A stretch of DNA of 64,000 bases from a virus: positions 32,001 through 96,000 of IMG/VR virus record IMGVR_UViG_3300045988_138996. One strand, given 5' to 3'. This document shows positions 1-9,149 of the stretch, piece by piece. The translations under genes and the position numbers were made by a program. The first letter of the stretch is position 1, and every line of letters starts with the position of its first letter. A model generated the notes under the pieces. It made no database searches and was not told the origin of the DNA. It saw only the letters and a list, made by a program, of their open reading frames with translations.

Positions 1-798
1 GATAATACATATACTATTGGTAAAAAATCCAAAGTTACAGCTGAAAATTCAGTGGCAATTGGCAATAGCGCAGAAGCAACTATAGACAATTCAGTAGCTC
101 TTGGTAGCAATGCAAAAACTGATACCATTGTAAATACAACTTCTATTGCAATTAATAATAATGTTTATACAGTTGCTGGTACTACTCCTGTAGGCACTGT
201 GTCTATTGGTGATATTAATAAAGAAAAAACTATTACAAATATAGCGGCTGGTCGTGTTTCTAATACATCTACAGATGCAATTAATGGTAGTCAATTACAT
301 GCCGTTGTATCTGAAGTAGAAAATAATACTAACGGCATTAAAATGAATGCTGACGCTATTAAAGAATTAGCTAGCGTAAGTAATAATAATGTTATTGAAA
401 TTAACAATAACTTAAATGCTTTAGACAATAGAATTAATGCTAATCAAAAAGAAGCCCGTAAAGGCATTGCATCTGTATCTGCTTTAGCGGCATTACATCC
501 ATTAGATTATAACCCAGACCATAAAGTAGATATTATGGCTGGTGTTGGTCATTATCGTGGCAATACTGCTGTAGCATTAGGTGTAGCATATCGTCCAAAT
601 GGAAATACTATGTTTACTGTAGGTGCATCTATTAATGATAAAGATACAGCTATTAATGCTGGTTTAAGCTATAAAGTAGGTACTAAAGATATTCAATATC
701 GTAGTCCAGCTTCTATGGCAAAAGATATTGATGATTTAAAAGCTATCGTTAATCAATTAGTTCAAGAAAACGAAGCTTTAAAAAATCAAAAGAAATAA
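1..798 (+). CDS. Trimeric autotransporter adhesin (YadA-like), C-terminal part; 5' end lies outside the window
   Basis: Frame 1 is open from nt 1. Has NSVALGSNA-type head repeats, a GRVSNTSTDAINGSQLH neck, and a YadA-anchor-like MAGVGHYRGNTAVALGVAYRP...GLSYKVG. About 40 aa of coiled-coil tail follow the anchor. Confidence 0.8.
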   Translation, partial: DNTYTIGKKSKVTAENSVAIGNSAEATIDNSVALGSNAKTDTIVNTTSIAINNNVYTVAGTTPVGTVSIGDINKEKTITNIAAGRVSNTSTDAINGSQLHAVVSEVENNTNGIKMNADAIKELASVSNNNVIEINNNLNALDNRINANQKEARKGIASVSALAALHPLDYNPDHKVDIMAGVGHYRGNTAVALGVAYRPNGNTMFTVGASINDKDTAINAGLSYKVGTKDIQYRSPASMAKDIDDLKAIVNQLVQENEALKNQKK

Positions 799-805
799 TT
801 AATAA

Positions 806-836
806 TAGCCTCCCTTAATTGGGAGGCTATTAATTT
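806..836 (+). terminator. Intrinsic terminator
   Basis: tagcctccc-ttaatt-gggaggcta hairpin right after the stop codon, followed by a T-rich run. Confidence 0.7.
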
Positions 837-853
837 AAATAAAGAGAATTATT

Positions 854-1102
854 ATGTTTATACATGATCATTATAAAAAATTAGCAATAGAAGCTATTAA
901 AAAAGATCTTAAAAATTTTAATGAAGACTGTTTAGAAGAAATTGCTTACAATGAAAAAGATTTTAATAATCGTATTTTTATTCTTAATTATAGCAATAAT
1001 AATGATGATTATTTATATGAAGTAAATGTTCATCAAGAATCTGTAGATGTTAAAATTTATTCTAATGAATACTTTTATTCTGTTGAAGATAAAAAACAAT
1101 AA
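854..1102 (+). CDS. Hypothetical protein
   Basis: ORF packed tightly against its neighbours; no recognisable motif. Confidence 0.5.
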   Translation: MFIHDHYKKLAIEAIKKDLKNFNEDCLEEIAYNEKDFNNRIFILNYSNNNDDYLYEVNVHQESVDVKIYSNEYFYSVEDKKQ

Positions 1103-1104
1103 TA

Positions 1105-1488
1105 ATGAAATCTAAAATAATTCAAGAATTTAAAGGAACTATTAATGGGATTGAGCTTAGCGATCGAGATCTATTCTATGATTGTGAATATATTCTTCAA
1201 GAATTAGAAGATCAATTTGATATTGATTTGCCAACTTCATTTATCAATGATTTTATTCATGCATATAAGAGTATCTTTTATGATTTAGATTCTGAATATT
1301 TGTATGAGTTTAGATCTCATATGAGTTCTAGTTCATGGGACATTGACTTAAAAGATATTACACAATTGCATTTCGATATCGGATCATATTATGATACCGA
1401 TGCACAATTCTCAGAAATTAATAAGAATATTCGTAACTGGAAAAATACGTATAGTAGATATCCCATTAATTTATTAAAGAAAAAATAA
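1105..1488 (+). CDS. Hypothetical protein
   Basis: ORF 2 nt after the previous stop; no recognisable motif. Confidence 0.5.
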   Translation: MKSKIIQEFKGTINGIELSDRDLFYDCEYILQELEDQFDIDLPTSFINDFIHAYKSIFYDLDSEYLYEFRSHMSSSSWDIDLKDITQLHFDIGSYYDTDAQFSEINKNIRNWKNTYSRYPINLLKKK

Positions 1489-1489
1489 T

Positions 1490-1849
1490 ATGAATAATGA
1501 TGAAAAAGCAACGATTGTTGCTGTCGAAAAGAAAATATTATACATCAGTCATCCATTTTTAACTAATGGTAATGCTGATGATAATAAAAAAGCTGTCGAT
1601 AAAATACTAACAGACTTAGTATTAAAATATGGTAAAGATTACGTCTTTATTAGTCCTATTCATAATTACGGTACATTAGATGGCCAACTTAATTATGATC
1701 AAGGATTAAGTCTATGTATAGATCTGTTAAGAAAATGTGATGGCATCATTATGTGTGGTGATTATTTTAAAAGCAATGGCTGCAAAATGGAATTAATGAA
1801 TGCTATTGGGTGGCGTAAAGAAATTTATAAGCTTGAGGAATTTTTGTAA
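1490..1849 (+). CDS. DUF4406 / nucleoside 2-deoxyribosyltransferase-like small protein
   Basis: About 120 aa with YISHPF near the N-terminus and a distal SNGCKMEL (S-x-G-x-x-x-E) motif typical of this fold. Recalled by eye only. Confidence 0.4.
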   Translation: MNNDEKATIVAVEKKILYISHPFLTNGNADDNKKAVDKILTDLVLKYGKDYVFISPIHNYGTLDGQLNYDQGLSLCIDLLRKCDGIIMCGDYFKSNGCKMELMNAIGWRKEIYKLEEFL

Positions 1850-2082
1850 TGGACTATCATATGCTTAAAGACGAAGTTAGTCTATATTGTAAAGAAGAAC
1901 TTCGTCTTATTAATAAGAAAAATTTCTATATTTTATCTAAACAGATTGACGATAGTTTAAGTTATATCGCCGGTATGAAACGTATCATTAGGTTATGTAA
2001 TAATGGAAAAGAAGTACAAGAAAACATCGAAGCCTTGGAACAAGTCGAAAAAGCCTTGGAAGCCGTACCAGTACAAAAATAA
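1849..2082 (+). CDS. Hypothetical protein
   Basis: Start overlaps the upstream stop (translational coupling). Confidence 0.5.
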   Translation: MDYHMLKDEVSLYCKEELRLINKKNFYILSKQIDDSLSYIAGMKRIIRLCNNGKEVQENIEALEQVEKALEAVPVQK

Positions 2083-2140
2083 ATCTGGCGTTAAAGGCTT
2101 ATACATCGACTTTGAAAATGGCACGATTAATTTAAGTTCA

Positions 2141-2169
2141 TTGAAAATTAAGCTATAATATAGTATAAT
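2141..2169 (+). promoter_or_regulatory. Sigma70-like promoter
   Basis: TTGAAA, 17 nt spacer, TATAAT, upstream of the ORF at 2209. Confidence 0.5.
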
Positions 2170-2208
2170 AAATATGTTAAATTATTATTATATTATGGAG
2201 GATTCTCA

Positions 2209-2523
2209 ATGAAAGTTCTATTTAAATCAGACATGTCTTGTATTGGCTGCGATGATTTTAATATTACGATTGAACGAGGAAAACATACATCTCCGTTATT
2301 CGGTAAAAAAGTTCGAGGCTATTATGTTACGATTAATAGCCAACGATATTTATTCTTTCCAGAGAGTATGAAAGTTCCTTATCATGAAGTAAGTAACATC
2401 GTATACGATGCTATTATTAAATCAATCTGCAATCATGCTAAAGACAAAGTCTGTATTATTACTTCCGAAGAGGTATTGACAGAAATTGGAAATATCAAAA
2501 AACAATCTTGTAAGAATTCCTAA
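2209..2523 (+). CDS. Hypothetical protein
   Basis: GGAGG RBS upstream of the ATG. Confidence 0.5.
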   Translation: MKVLFKSDMSCIGCDDFNITIERGKHTSPLFGKKVRGYYVTINSQRYLFFPESMKVPYHEVSNIVYDAIIKSICNHAKDKVCIITSEEVLTEIGNIKKQSCKNS

Positions 2524-4099
2524 TAATATCTCTGCAGAAGATTACAGTCGATTACTATATGGCTTAACAAAAACTAGTAAGTTTGAAGATGGATTATGGA
2601 AAGTAAATAATTTTCATAAGCTATTATTATATTGTGCCGATTTTAATTTAGAAGGAATCGGCAAATGCAAATACGATCTATATAATTATCAAAAAACTGC
2701 CGTTAAAGAATTACTTGATATTGATAACGGCAGTTTAATTGTAGCTAGTTGTGGCGCTGGTAAAACTTTAATAGCTATCGATTTATACTTAGAGCTATTG
2801 TCTCGTAATAAGATAAAAGGCCCTGGATTAATCGTAGTTAAGAGTAGTTTAAAAGTTCAATGGTTTCATGAAGTTAAAAAGTTTAGCGATCTTGTGCCGA
2901 GTATTCTAGAAACTTCGGCCAAAGCTAAAAAGAAATTCGACGAACAATTTAATGGTGATCTTCTGATCTGCAATTATGAAACGCTTAACGACGAAAAAGT
3001 TCGTGAACGTTTATTAGCAATGAAGATCGAATACATTTTCGCCGACGAAGTACAATACGTTAAAAATTATCAAGCTAAGCGTAGCAAAAGCTTATATAAA
3101 TTTAATAACGTAAAGTATACTTTCGGAGCTACGGCAACACCAATTCAAAAAAATCCTAGAGACATATTCGGAATCTTTCGATTCATTAAGAAGGATTTGT
3201 TCACAAATATTAACAAGTTTGACAAACGATATGTTAAGAAGAATAGTCTTGGATTTATTATTGGTAGCCGTAATGAAAAAGAATTAACCGACCTTATCAG
3301 TCCTAACTTAATTGTTAGAACTAAAGAAGAAGTAAGTAGTCATTTACCTAAGTTAATTGTTAGCCAAAAGTATTGTAACCTTGGACTTAAAACTCAAAAA
3401 GCTAGTGATCAATTACTCGAAGAAATTGCTGATTTAAAAGCACAGCAAGAAGCAATGATGGATCGATTTACTAATATCGACGAAGCTCGTAAGAATGAAG
3501 ATTTTAATAAAATAGATAATCTTATTCTTATGAAGCAAACCTTTGCTCAAGAATTAGCTATTACCGATGAATTATTAAGATTTGGTGATAGTAATGCTGG
3601 CAAGGAATACGTGACGAATGAAAAGAGTCAAAAAATTGAATTATTCTTAGACTTGGTCGAAAGTATTCTTAGCGAAGGCGAAAAAGTCGTCGTATTTAGC
3701 AAATATCGTTCATTACAAAATATATTGGATATGCATTTAGAAAATCGTTTTAAAGGTATTAAAATTTGCCATATTAATGGTATGATGGATTCCGAAAAGC
3801 GATTTGAGCAAGTAAAATTATTCAATGAAACGAATGATTATAACATAATAATCGCATCAAATGCTGGTTCAGAAGGCATAAATATGCATTCAGCTAAATA
3901 TTTAATCGAAATGGATATTGCCGATAGCTATTTAATTCAAACACAACGTCATGGTCGTATTGAACGTGCTAGTAGCAAACATGATAGTGTATTCGTATAT
4001 CAATTAATAGCTATTGGTAGCTATGATGAAATTGCTTTAAAAGTAGTCGACAAAAAAGAAAAATATCATACGAATATTATCAGGAAGGACGTACAATAA
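2486..4099 (+). CDS. SNF2-family (SF2) helicase/ATPase
   Basis: Walker A SCGAGKT, DEXQ box FADEVQ, SNF2 motif III GATATPIQKNPRDIF, motif VI QTQRHGRIER. TTG start with a GAAGAGG RBS. Confidence 0.8.
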   Translation: MEISKNNLVRIPNNISAEDYSRLLYGLTKTSKFEDGLWKVNNFHKLLLYCADFNLEGIGKCKYDLYNYQKTAVKELLDIDNGSLIVASCGAGKTLIAIDLYLELLSRNKIKGPGLIVVKSSLKVQWFHEVKKFSDLVPSILETSAKAKKKFDEQFNGDLLICNYETLNDEKVRERLLAMKIEYIFADEVQYVKNYQAKRSKSLYKFNNVKYTFGATATPIQKNPRDIFGIFRFIKKDLFTNINKFDKRYVKKNSLGFIIGSRNEKELTDLISPNLIVRTKEEVSSHLPKLIVSQKYCNLGLKTQKASDQLLEEIADLKAQQEAMMDRFTNIDEARKNEDFNKIDNLILMKQTFAQELAITDELLRFGDSNAGKEYVTNEKSQKIELFLDLVESILSEGEKVVVFSKYRSLQNILDMHLENRFKGIKICHINGMMDSEKRFEQVKLFNETNDYNIIIASNAGSEGINMHSAKYLIEMDIADSYLIQTQRHGRIERASSKHDSVFVYQLIAIGSYDEIALKVVDKKEKYHTNIIRKDVQ

Positions 4100-4293
4100 T
4101 GAAAGAAAATTGGCAAATTCGGCTAATCGACGAAAAAGAAGTCTTAGGCTTCCGTATTGATCGATTAGCAAAATTCTTAGACAAGAATAAAGATGTCGAG
4201 GATTTTAATTTGTTGGCTCGACAACTTGTCGTAATGCAAGAATATTATGACATTCTTGTTAAACGTATCGAGAAAGTAGGTTTATTAAAATGA
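4099..4293 (+). CDS. Hypothetical protein
   Basis: Coupled start (ATGA overlap). Confidence 0.5.
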   Translation: MKENWQIRLIDEKEVLGFRIDRLAKFLDKNKDVEDFNLLARQLVVMQEYYDILVKRIEKVGLLK

Positions 4294-4841
4294 AACTTGC
4301 ATTCGAAGAACAAACAAAAAGTACGCTCGATCAGTTATTAGAAGAAGAACATGAAAGTTTAACGTTAGTTACGAATCATGAAGAAGCTAATTATGTTATT
4401 GAACAAATTAAAAAGCTTCAGCTTCAAAAAGAAGATGTCGAAGTCGAAACAACTCGATATATTAATCAAGCTAAAGATAAAGCTAATATGTTTAAAGAAC
4501 AACAGTTGAATAGTTTAGATTATCAAATCGATCGATATAAAACTATGTTAGAACCATATGTTCTTAAACAATTAGAAGAATCTGGTAAGAAATCTGTTAA
4601 GTTTATTGAAGGTACTGCTGGATTTAGAAAACAAGATAAGCTTATTGAACATGATGATGAACTTCTTGAAAAAGAAGTCAAAGGCATTAAAGACGACGAA
4701 TATTTTAAAACAACCGTAAAATTTAACTGGTCTGCCGTTAAGAAAGATATTACCTTCAAAGATGGTAAAGCATATCTTAACGATAAAGAACTTAATAGCG
4801 TAAACTATGAAGAACGTGATGATGCATTCTATGTTAAATAA
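4290..4841 (+). CDS. Hypothetical protein, possibly Mu Gam-like / recombination-associated coiled-coil protein
   Basis: The N-terminal coiled coil and the ...KSVKFIEGTAGFRK pattern resemble Gam-like proteins. Weak, by eye. Confidence 0.3.
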   Translation: MKLAFEEQTKSTLDQLLEEEHESLTLVTNHEEANYVIEQIKKLQLQKEDVEVETTRYINQAKDKANMFKEQQLNSLDYQIDRYKTMLEPYVLKQLEESGKKSVKFIEGTAGFRKQDKLIEHDDELLEKEVKGIKDDEYFKTTVKFNWSAVKKDITFKDGKAYLNDKELNSVNYEERDDAFYVK

Positions 4842-4851
4842 ATAGGTTGGT

Positions 4852-6009
4852 ATGAAATATTCAGGAAAGTTTTTAAGAGAATTATCCGATAAAATAAACC
4901 TTGTCGAATTAGCCAGTAAACATACTAAACTAACTCGGCAAGGAAATATTTACATCGGAAAATGTCCTCATCCAGATCATGACGACAGCAGTCCTAGCTT
5001 TCGAATATGGCATAAAAATGGTAAGTATACTTGGTGCTGTTTCGGTTGTCATTCTGGACGTAAAAATCCAGCTAAAGGATTCTATGGTAGCGATTCATTA
5101 GCATTCATTCAATGGATGATGAATACAAAGAAGAAAAAAGCAAGTTTCGAGATGGCAATACAAGAAGCTTGTAGAATTACTGGATTAAAACCAGAAGGCA
5201 ACGAACAACAATATATAGACAACTGTTCTGAAGAAGCCGATCAGTATTTTCAAAACTTACGAGAAGATAATAATGCTAAACGATATTTAGTTTCTCGTGG
5301 ATTAGATAAAGAAGATATCTATGATTGGAATATCGGTTACGATACAAAAGGTCGTGTAACATTTCCGATAAAAGATCTGTATGGCAATACTATTGGTTTT
5401 AGTAAACGTGCTATCGATGATAATAATCCATTAAAATATTGGGTATCAGCTGATAATGAATACTATAAAAAGAAATGGTGTTTATATGGTTGTGATAAAA
5501 TAGATTATACCTTCGACGAAGTATATATCACCGAAGGTGTCTTCGATGTTATCTTAGCAACTAAGTATGGTTTAAAAAATGTCGTATGTACATGTGGTAC
5601 TGACTTTGATGATACACATGCTAAAATGATTAGCGATGTTGGTTTAACACCGGTATTAGTATATGACGGAGATAAGGCCGGATTAAAAGGCGTTGATCGA
5701 ACACTAACATCGTTAGCTAAATACGATATATTTCCTCGTATTGTTATGTTAGATAATAAATTAGATTTAGCTAATATTGCTGAACGAGAACAATATAATT
5801 TAAATTATTTCATCAAAAGTCATACATCTTCTTATGATTATTATCTATTAAAAGATATGTATAACGATCTAGATAAATTTAAAAGTAGTATTATTAATAA
5901 ATATAAAGATAGTATCGCTTTAGCTAGAGAGTCTGTCAAAGAAGATAAAAATGCAAAAGCTATTCTGGATGCTAAGTTGTTAAATACATTAGGACTTAAA
6001 TATGAATAA
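4852..6009 (+). CDS. DNA primase (DnaG-type, CHC2 zinc finger + TOPRIM)
   Basis: CPHPDHDDSSPSF...CFGCH zinc finger; TOPRIM motifs ITEGVFDVI and YDGDKAG. Confidence 0.85.
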   Translation: MKYSGKFLRELSDKINLVELASKHTKLTRQGNIYIGKCPHPDHDDSSPSFRIWHKNGKYTWCCFGCHSGRKNPAKGFYGSDSLAFIQWMMNTKKKKASFEMAIQEACRITGLKPEGNEQQYIDNCSEEADQYFQNLREDNNAKRYLVSRGLDKEDIYDWNIGYDTKGRVTFPIKDLYGNTIGFSKRAIDDNNPLKYWVSADNEYYKKKWCLYGCDKIDYTFDEVYITEGVFDVILATKYGLKNVVCTCGTDFDDTHAKMISDVGLTPVLVYDGDKAGLKGVDRTLTSLAKYDIFPRIVMLDNKLDLANIAEREQYNLNYFIKSHTSSYDYYLLKDMYNDLDKFKSSIINKYKDSIALARESVKEDKNAKAILDAKLLNTLGLKYE

Positions 6010-6220
6010 AAAAAATATTAGATTCATTAAGAATTGGTCCTTTAGAAAAATAAAATTAAATTCACTGTCGACAAAAGCTACGTTTACATGTCAATCTTGT
6101 GGTAATCAAGTTGAACTACAATATAAAATGAAATGTGCTTTCTGTGGTAAAATTATTTGTGACGAATGTGCATATATCGATGCCGAAACTAAACAAATAT
6201 GTTGTCCTGAATGTTGGTAG
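6002..6220 (+). CDS. Small zinc-ribbon protein
   Basis: Four CxxC pairs (CQSCG, CAFCG, CDEC, CPEC). Confidence 0.5.
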   Translation: MNKKNIRFIKNWSFRKIKLNSLSTKATFTCQSCGNQVELQYKMKCAFCGKIICDECAYIDAETKQICCPECW

Positions 6221-6249
6221 TTGACACTTAATTTTATATCAAGTACAAT
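6221..6249 (+). promoter_or_regulatory. Sigma70-like promoter
   Basis: TTGACA (6221-6226), 17 nt spacer, TACAAT (6244-6249). Confidence 0.55.
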
Positions 6250-6328
6250 AATAATGTAGGAAGTATCCTTTTTACATTGTTCATATGCCGTCGTATTATT
6301 ACGGCGGCATTACTACTATTCTGAGGTC

Positions 6329-6484
6329 ATGATGGAATCTAAAAAAATAACGATCGAACTTTGTGAGAATGGTGATGTATCTATCGAAACTAAGAATATT
6401 AAAACTCGACAACAATTATTCGAGATGCTTAGTAAGTTAGAATATCACGTTTATGTATTCTCAGAAAAAGAAGAATTAATGTAA
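6329..6484 (+). CDS. Small hypothetical ORF (51 aa)
   Basis: ATG-initiated ORF below the ORF-track size cutoff, lying between a promoter and a terminator. Confidence 0.3.
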   Translation: MMESKKITIELCENGDVSIETKNIKTRQQLFEMLSKLEYHVYVFSEKEELM

Positions 6485-6524
6485 TTACTAGATACAAGCA
6501 ATTGCCAGTTTGTATGTGGTATAT

Positions 6525-6551
6525 AAGCAGTCTGTATAGGCTGCTTTTTTT
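6525..6551 (+). terminator. Intrinsic terminator
   Basis: aagcagtc-tgtata-ggctgctt hairpin followed by a T-run. Confidence 0.55.
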
Positions 6552-6565
6552 ATTACTGGAGGTGT

Positions 6566-8026
6566 ATGTACTTGAGCAAAGAAAAATGTGAAAATTTTAT
6601 AAAAGAAAAATGTTGGAATAAATTAAACGAACTACAATTGCCAAGTGCATATGTCGATCGTTTAAATAAAGAATTAAATATATTAGTTAAACAAGATATG
6701 TGCGAATATATCTATATCGTATACGACTATGTTCAATTCTGTCGTAGAGAAAATATCGCTACTGGATATGGTAGAGGAAGCAGCGTCGGCAGCTTAGTGT
6801 TATATCTATTAGATATTAATAAAGTTGATCCTATTAAATTTGAATTAAGTTTCGAACGATTTAGTGCTGGTCATAATGCCGATATCGATTTGGATGTCGA
6901 TACAGTACGACGTGACGAAGTATTTGAATACATATTAAATAAATACAAAAAATATGCTTATCGACTATATACTGTTAATAAGAATGGCAGCAAACAATTG
7001 CATCCGTCTGGTATCGTAATTGATCTACATAATAATTATGATTATATTATGATAGATGGCATTCGTTGCATTAATAAAGATCAATATAATAATTTGCCTA
7101 AGTTCGATATTTTAAGTTTGCGAAATTTAGGCTTATATCAAAATATTGTTCAAAAATATAATATTAATATTAATTTCGACGATCAAAAAGTATGGGAATA
7201 TATGTGGAATAATCCAGATGATTTGTTCTTATTAGGTGGTGAAGTTAAGAAATATATTAAAGACTTTAAACCTAATAATATTAAAGAGCTATGTAATTTA
7301 TTAGCTCTTGTACGATCGCCTGAAGGTGTCGAAACATATACTGAACGAAGAGATGGTAAATGGTTCAGAAAAAGTCCGTACTATAGTTTTGTTAAAGACA
7401 CTTATGGTATTATTACGTATCAAGAACAATTATTAAATATTATCAGTATATTTTTTAAGTTAGAAGATGCTTATGTTTTAATGAAGGATAAAAATAAAAT
7501 TCATAAACAATTAGTCATTGATATGTCTAAAAAGTATAATTGCAAATGGCTATATCAATTATACGATATGAATAAGTATCTATATAATAAATCTCATGGC
7601 ATTGCATATGCTCATGTAAGCTATATCAATGCATATTTAAAATATTATTATCCTGATGAATTTAAAGAAGATACAGTAGTCGAAGTTCAAAATATATTTA
7701 AATATAAAAAGTTAACGTTAGAATCTAAATTTAAAACCGAAATTGAAAATGAAGAAATTATATGTGGTTTTGATAAGATTAAAGGATTTGGTGAAACTAC
7801 GTACAATGAATTAAAAATTGTTGATAAAAAGAAAATATTAAATTTCATATATAATATGAATAAAAATATTGCGCAACAATTAATTCGCTTAGGCGTGTTT
7901 AACGAAGTATTAGAATTATCATCTGTCGATATTTTTAATATGTATTTAGAAAATAAAGGTATTAAAAACCGAGTTAATTATATCGATCAAGATAAGGAGT
8001 ATGAAAAAATATATGGAATTTGGTAA
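6566..8026 (+). CDS. DnaE-like DNA polymerase III alpha catalytic core, lacking the PHP domain and C-terminal domains
   Basis: GYGRGSSVGSLVLYLLDINKVDP...FERF, palm aspartates ADIDLDVD, KFDILSL, YQEQ, NKSHGIAYAHVSYINAYLKYYYPDEF. Only 486 aa. Confidence 0.7.
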   Translation: MYLSKEKCENFIKEKCWNKLNELQLPSAYVDRLNKELNILVKQDMCEYIYIVYDYVQFCRRENIATGYGRGSSVGSLVLYLLDINKVDPIKFELSFERFSAGHNADIDLDVDTVRRDEVFEYILNKYKKYAYRLYTVNKNGSKQLHPSGIVIDLHNNYDYIMIDGIRCINKDQYNNLPKFDILSLRNLGLYQNIVQKYNININFDDQKVWEYMWNNPDDLFLLGGEVKKYIKDFKPNNIKELCNLLALVRSPEGVETYTERRDGKWFRKSPYYSFVKDTYGIITYQEQLLNIISIFFKLEDAYVLMKDKNKIHKQLVIDMSKKYNCKWLYQLYDMNKYLYNKSHGIAYAHVSYINAYLKYYYPDEFKEDTVVEVQNIFKYKKLTLESKFKTEIENEEIICGFDKIKGFGETTYNELKIVDKKKILNFIYNMNKNIAQQLIRLGVFNEVLELSSVDIFNMYLENKGIKNRVNYIDQDKEYEKIYGIW

Positions 8027-9149
8027 TATTATTGAATTCAATACATTCATTAATCATATTATTAGTGAATTCAAAATTAAAATCTATCATACCGAAGAAG
8101 ATTTTAACGAAGAATATTATATTCTTAATGCTTTATTTAAAGCATTAATGTTATTTGAAATACGAGATTATTATGATATTGATTATGATCAAGAAACTAA
8201 ACAAGCTATCATAAAAGAAATAAATAATATCTTAGATCATGGTGTTACAAGAAGTTTTTATAATGACGGGACGTATTGGCTTCTTAGTAAGATATATAGT
8301 TATCGGCGTCAAGATTTTGAAACGCTTATAAAATTACAAAAAAATTCTGAATTTAATAAAATTAAAACTGAAGCACCAGCTACATTTTATATATTAATAT
8401 TTTCATTATTTCTAAAATCATTATATTCTTTAAAAAAAGATCTTGTTAATAATCATCAAGATGTATTTATTAAAATATTAAGTGATTTCGATAGTTTAAT
8501 TCCTAATAAAATATTTATTAAAACAAATTGTGAAATGAAAAATCCAAAAATTATTTATAATTGTTTGTTAAATATATTATTAGGTATTCCATCTTTTGAT
8601 TATTCATCTGTCTGTAATAATAATTTCTATTTAGGAAATAATTTAAATCAAGCAGATTTTTCACCTAGTGTATTGTCAAATGGCGATATTATTAATCCTA
8701 TATTTATTGATGACAATACTAATAAATCTAGAACATTTTGGTTTGTTAGTAATGAAATGGTTATACAAAATGGAGAACTTATCAATAATCGACCTGGATT
8801 ATGCAATATATATGCAGTAAAAGCAGGAGAAGTTCCTAAATTTAGTTATGTATCAGATGTAGAATCTGATAATAAAAGGAAAGAAATTATTCTTAATGTA
8901 CCGACAAATATAAGAGAAAAATCTAATAAGAAATTATTTAAATCTTTGTTGCCTGTACAAAAGAAATTTATTCCTTTATATTTATTGGAAAAACAATTAG
9001 GCGGCAAAATTAAAGATACATATATCTTTGGTGATATCGTTCGTGGTTCTAAAATTAAATTCGATGGCGATAAAAATATTATTATTCGCGATCGCATCGT
9101 TCCAGAAATTCAATATTTTAATAATACAGGAAAGGGCAAGTTGTATTAA
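8001..9149 (+). CDS. Hypothetical protein
   Basis: Long ORF directly after the polymerase core; no motif recognised. The true start may be the ATG at 8013. Confidence 0.5.
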   Translation: MKKYMEFGNIIEFNTFINHIISEFKIKIYHTEEDFNEEYYILNALFKALMLFEIRDYYDIDYDQETKQAIIKEINNILDHGVTRSFYNDGTYWLLSKIYSYRRQDFETLIKLQKNSEFNKIKTEAPATFYILIFSLFLKSLYSLKKDLVNNHQDVFIKILSDFDSLIPNKIFIKTNCEMKNPKIIYNCLLNILLGIPSFDYSSVCNNNFYLGNNLNQADFSPSVLSNGDIINPIFIDDNTNKSRTFWFVSNEMVIQNGELINNRPGLCNIYAVKAGEVPKFSYVSDVESDNKRKEIILNVPTNIREKSNKKLFKSLLPVQKKFIPLYLLEKQLGGKIKDTYIFGDIVRGSKIKFDGDKNIIIRDRIVPEIQYFNNTGKGKLY

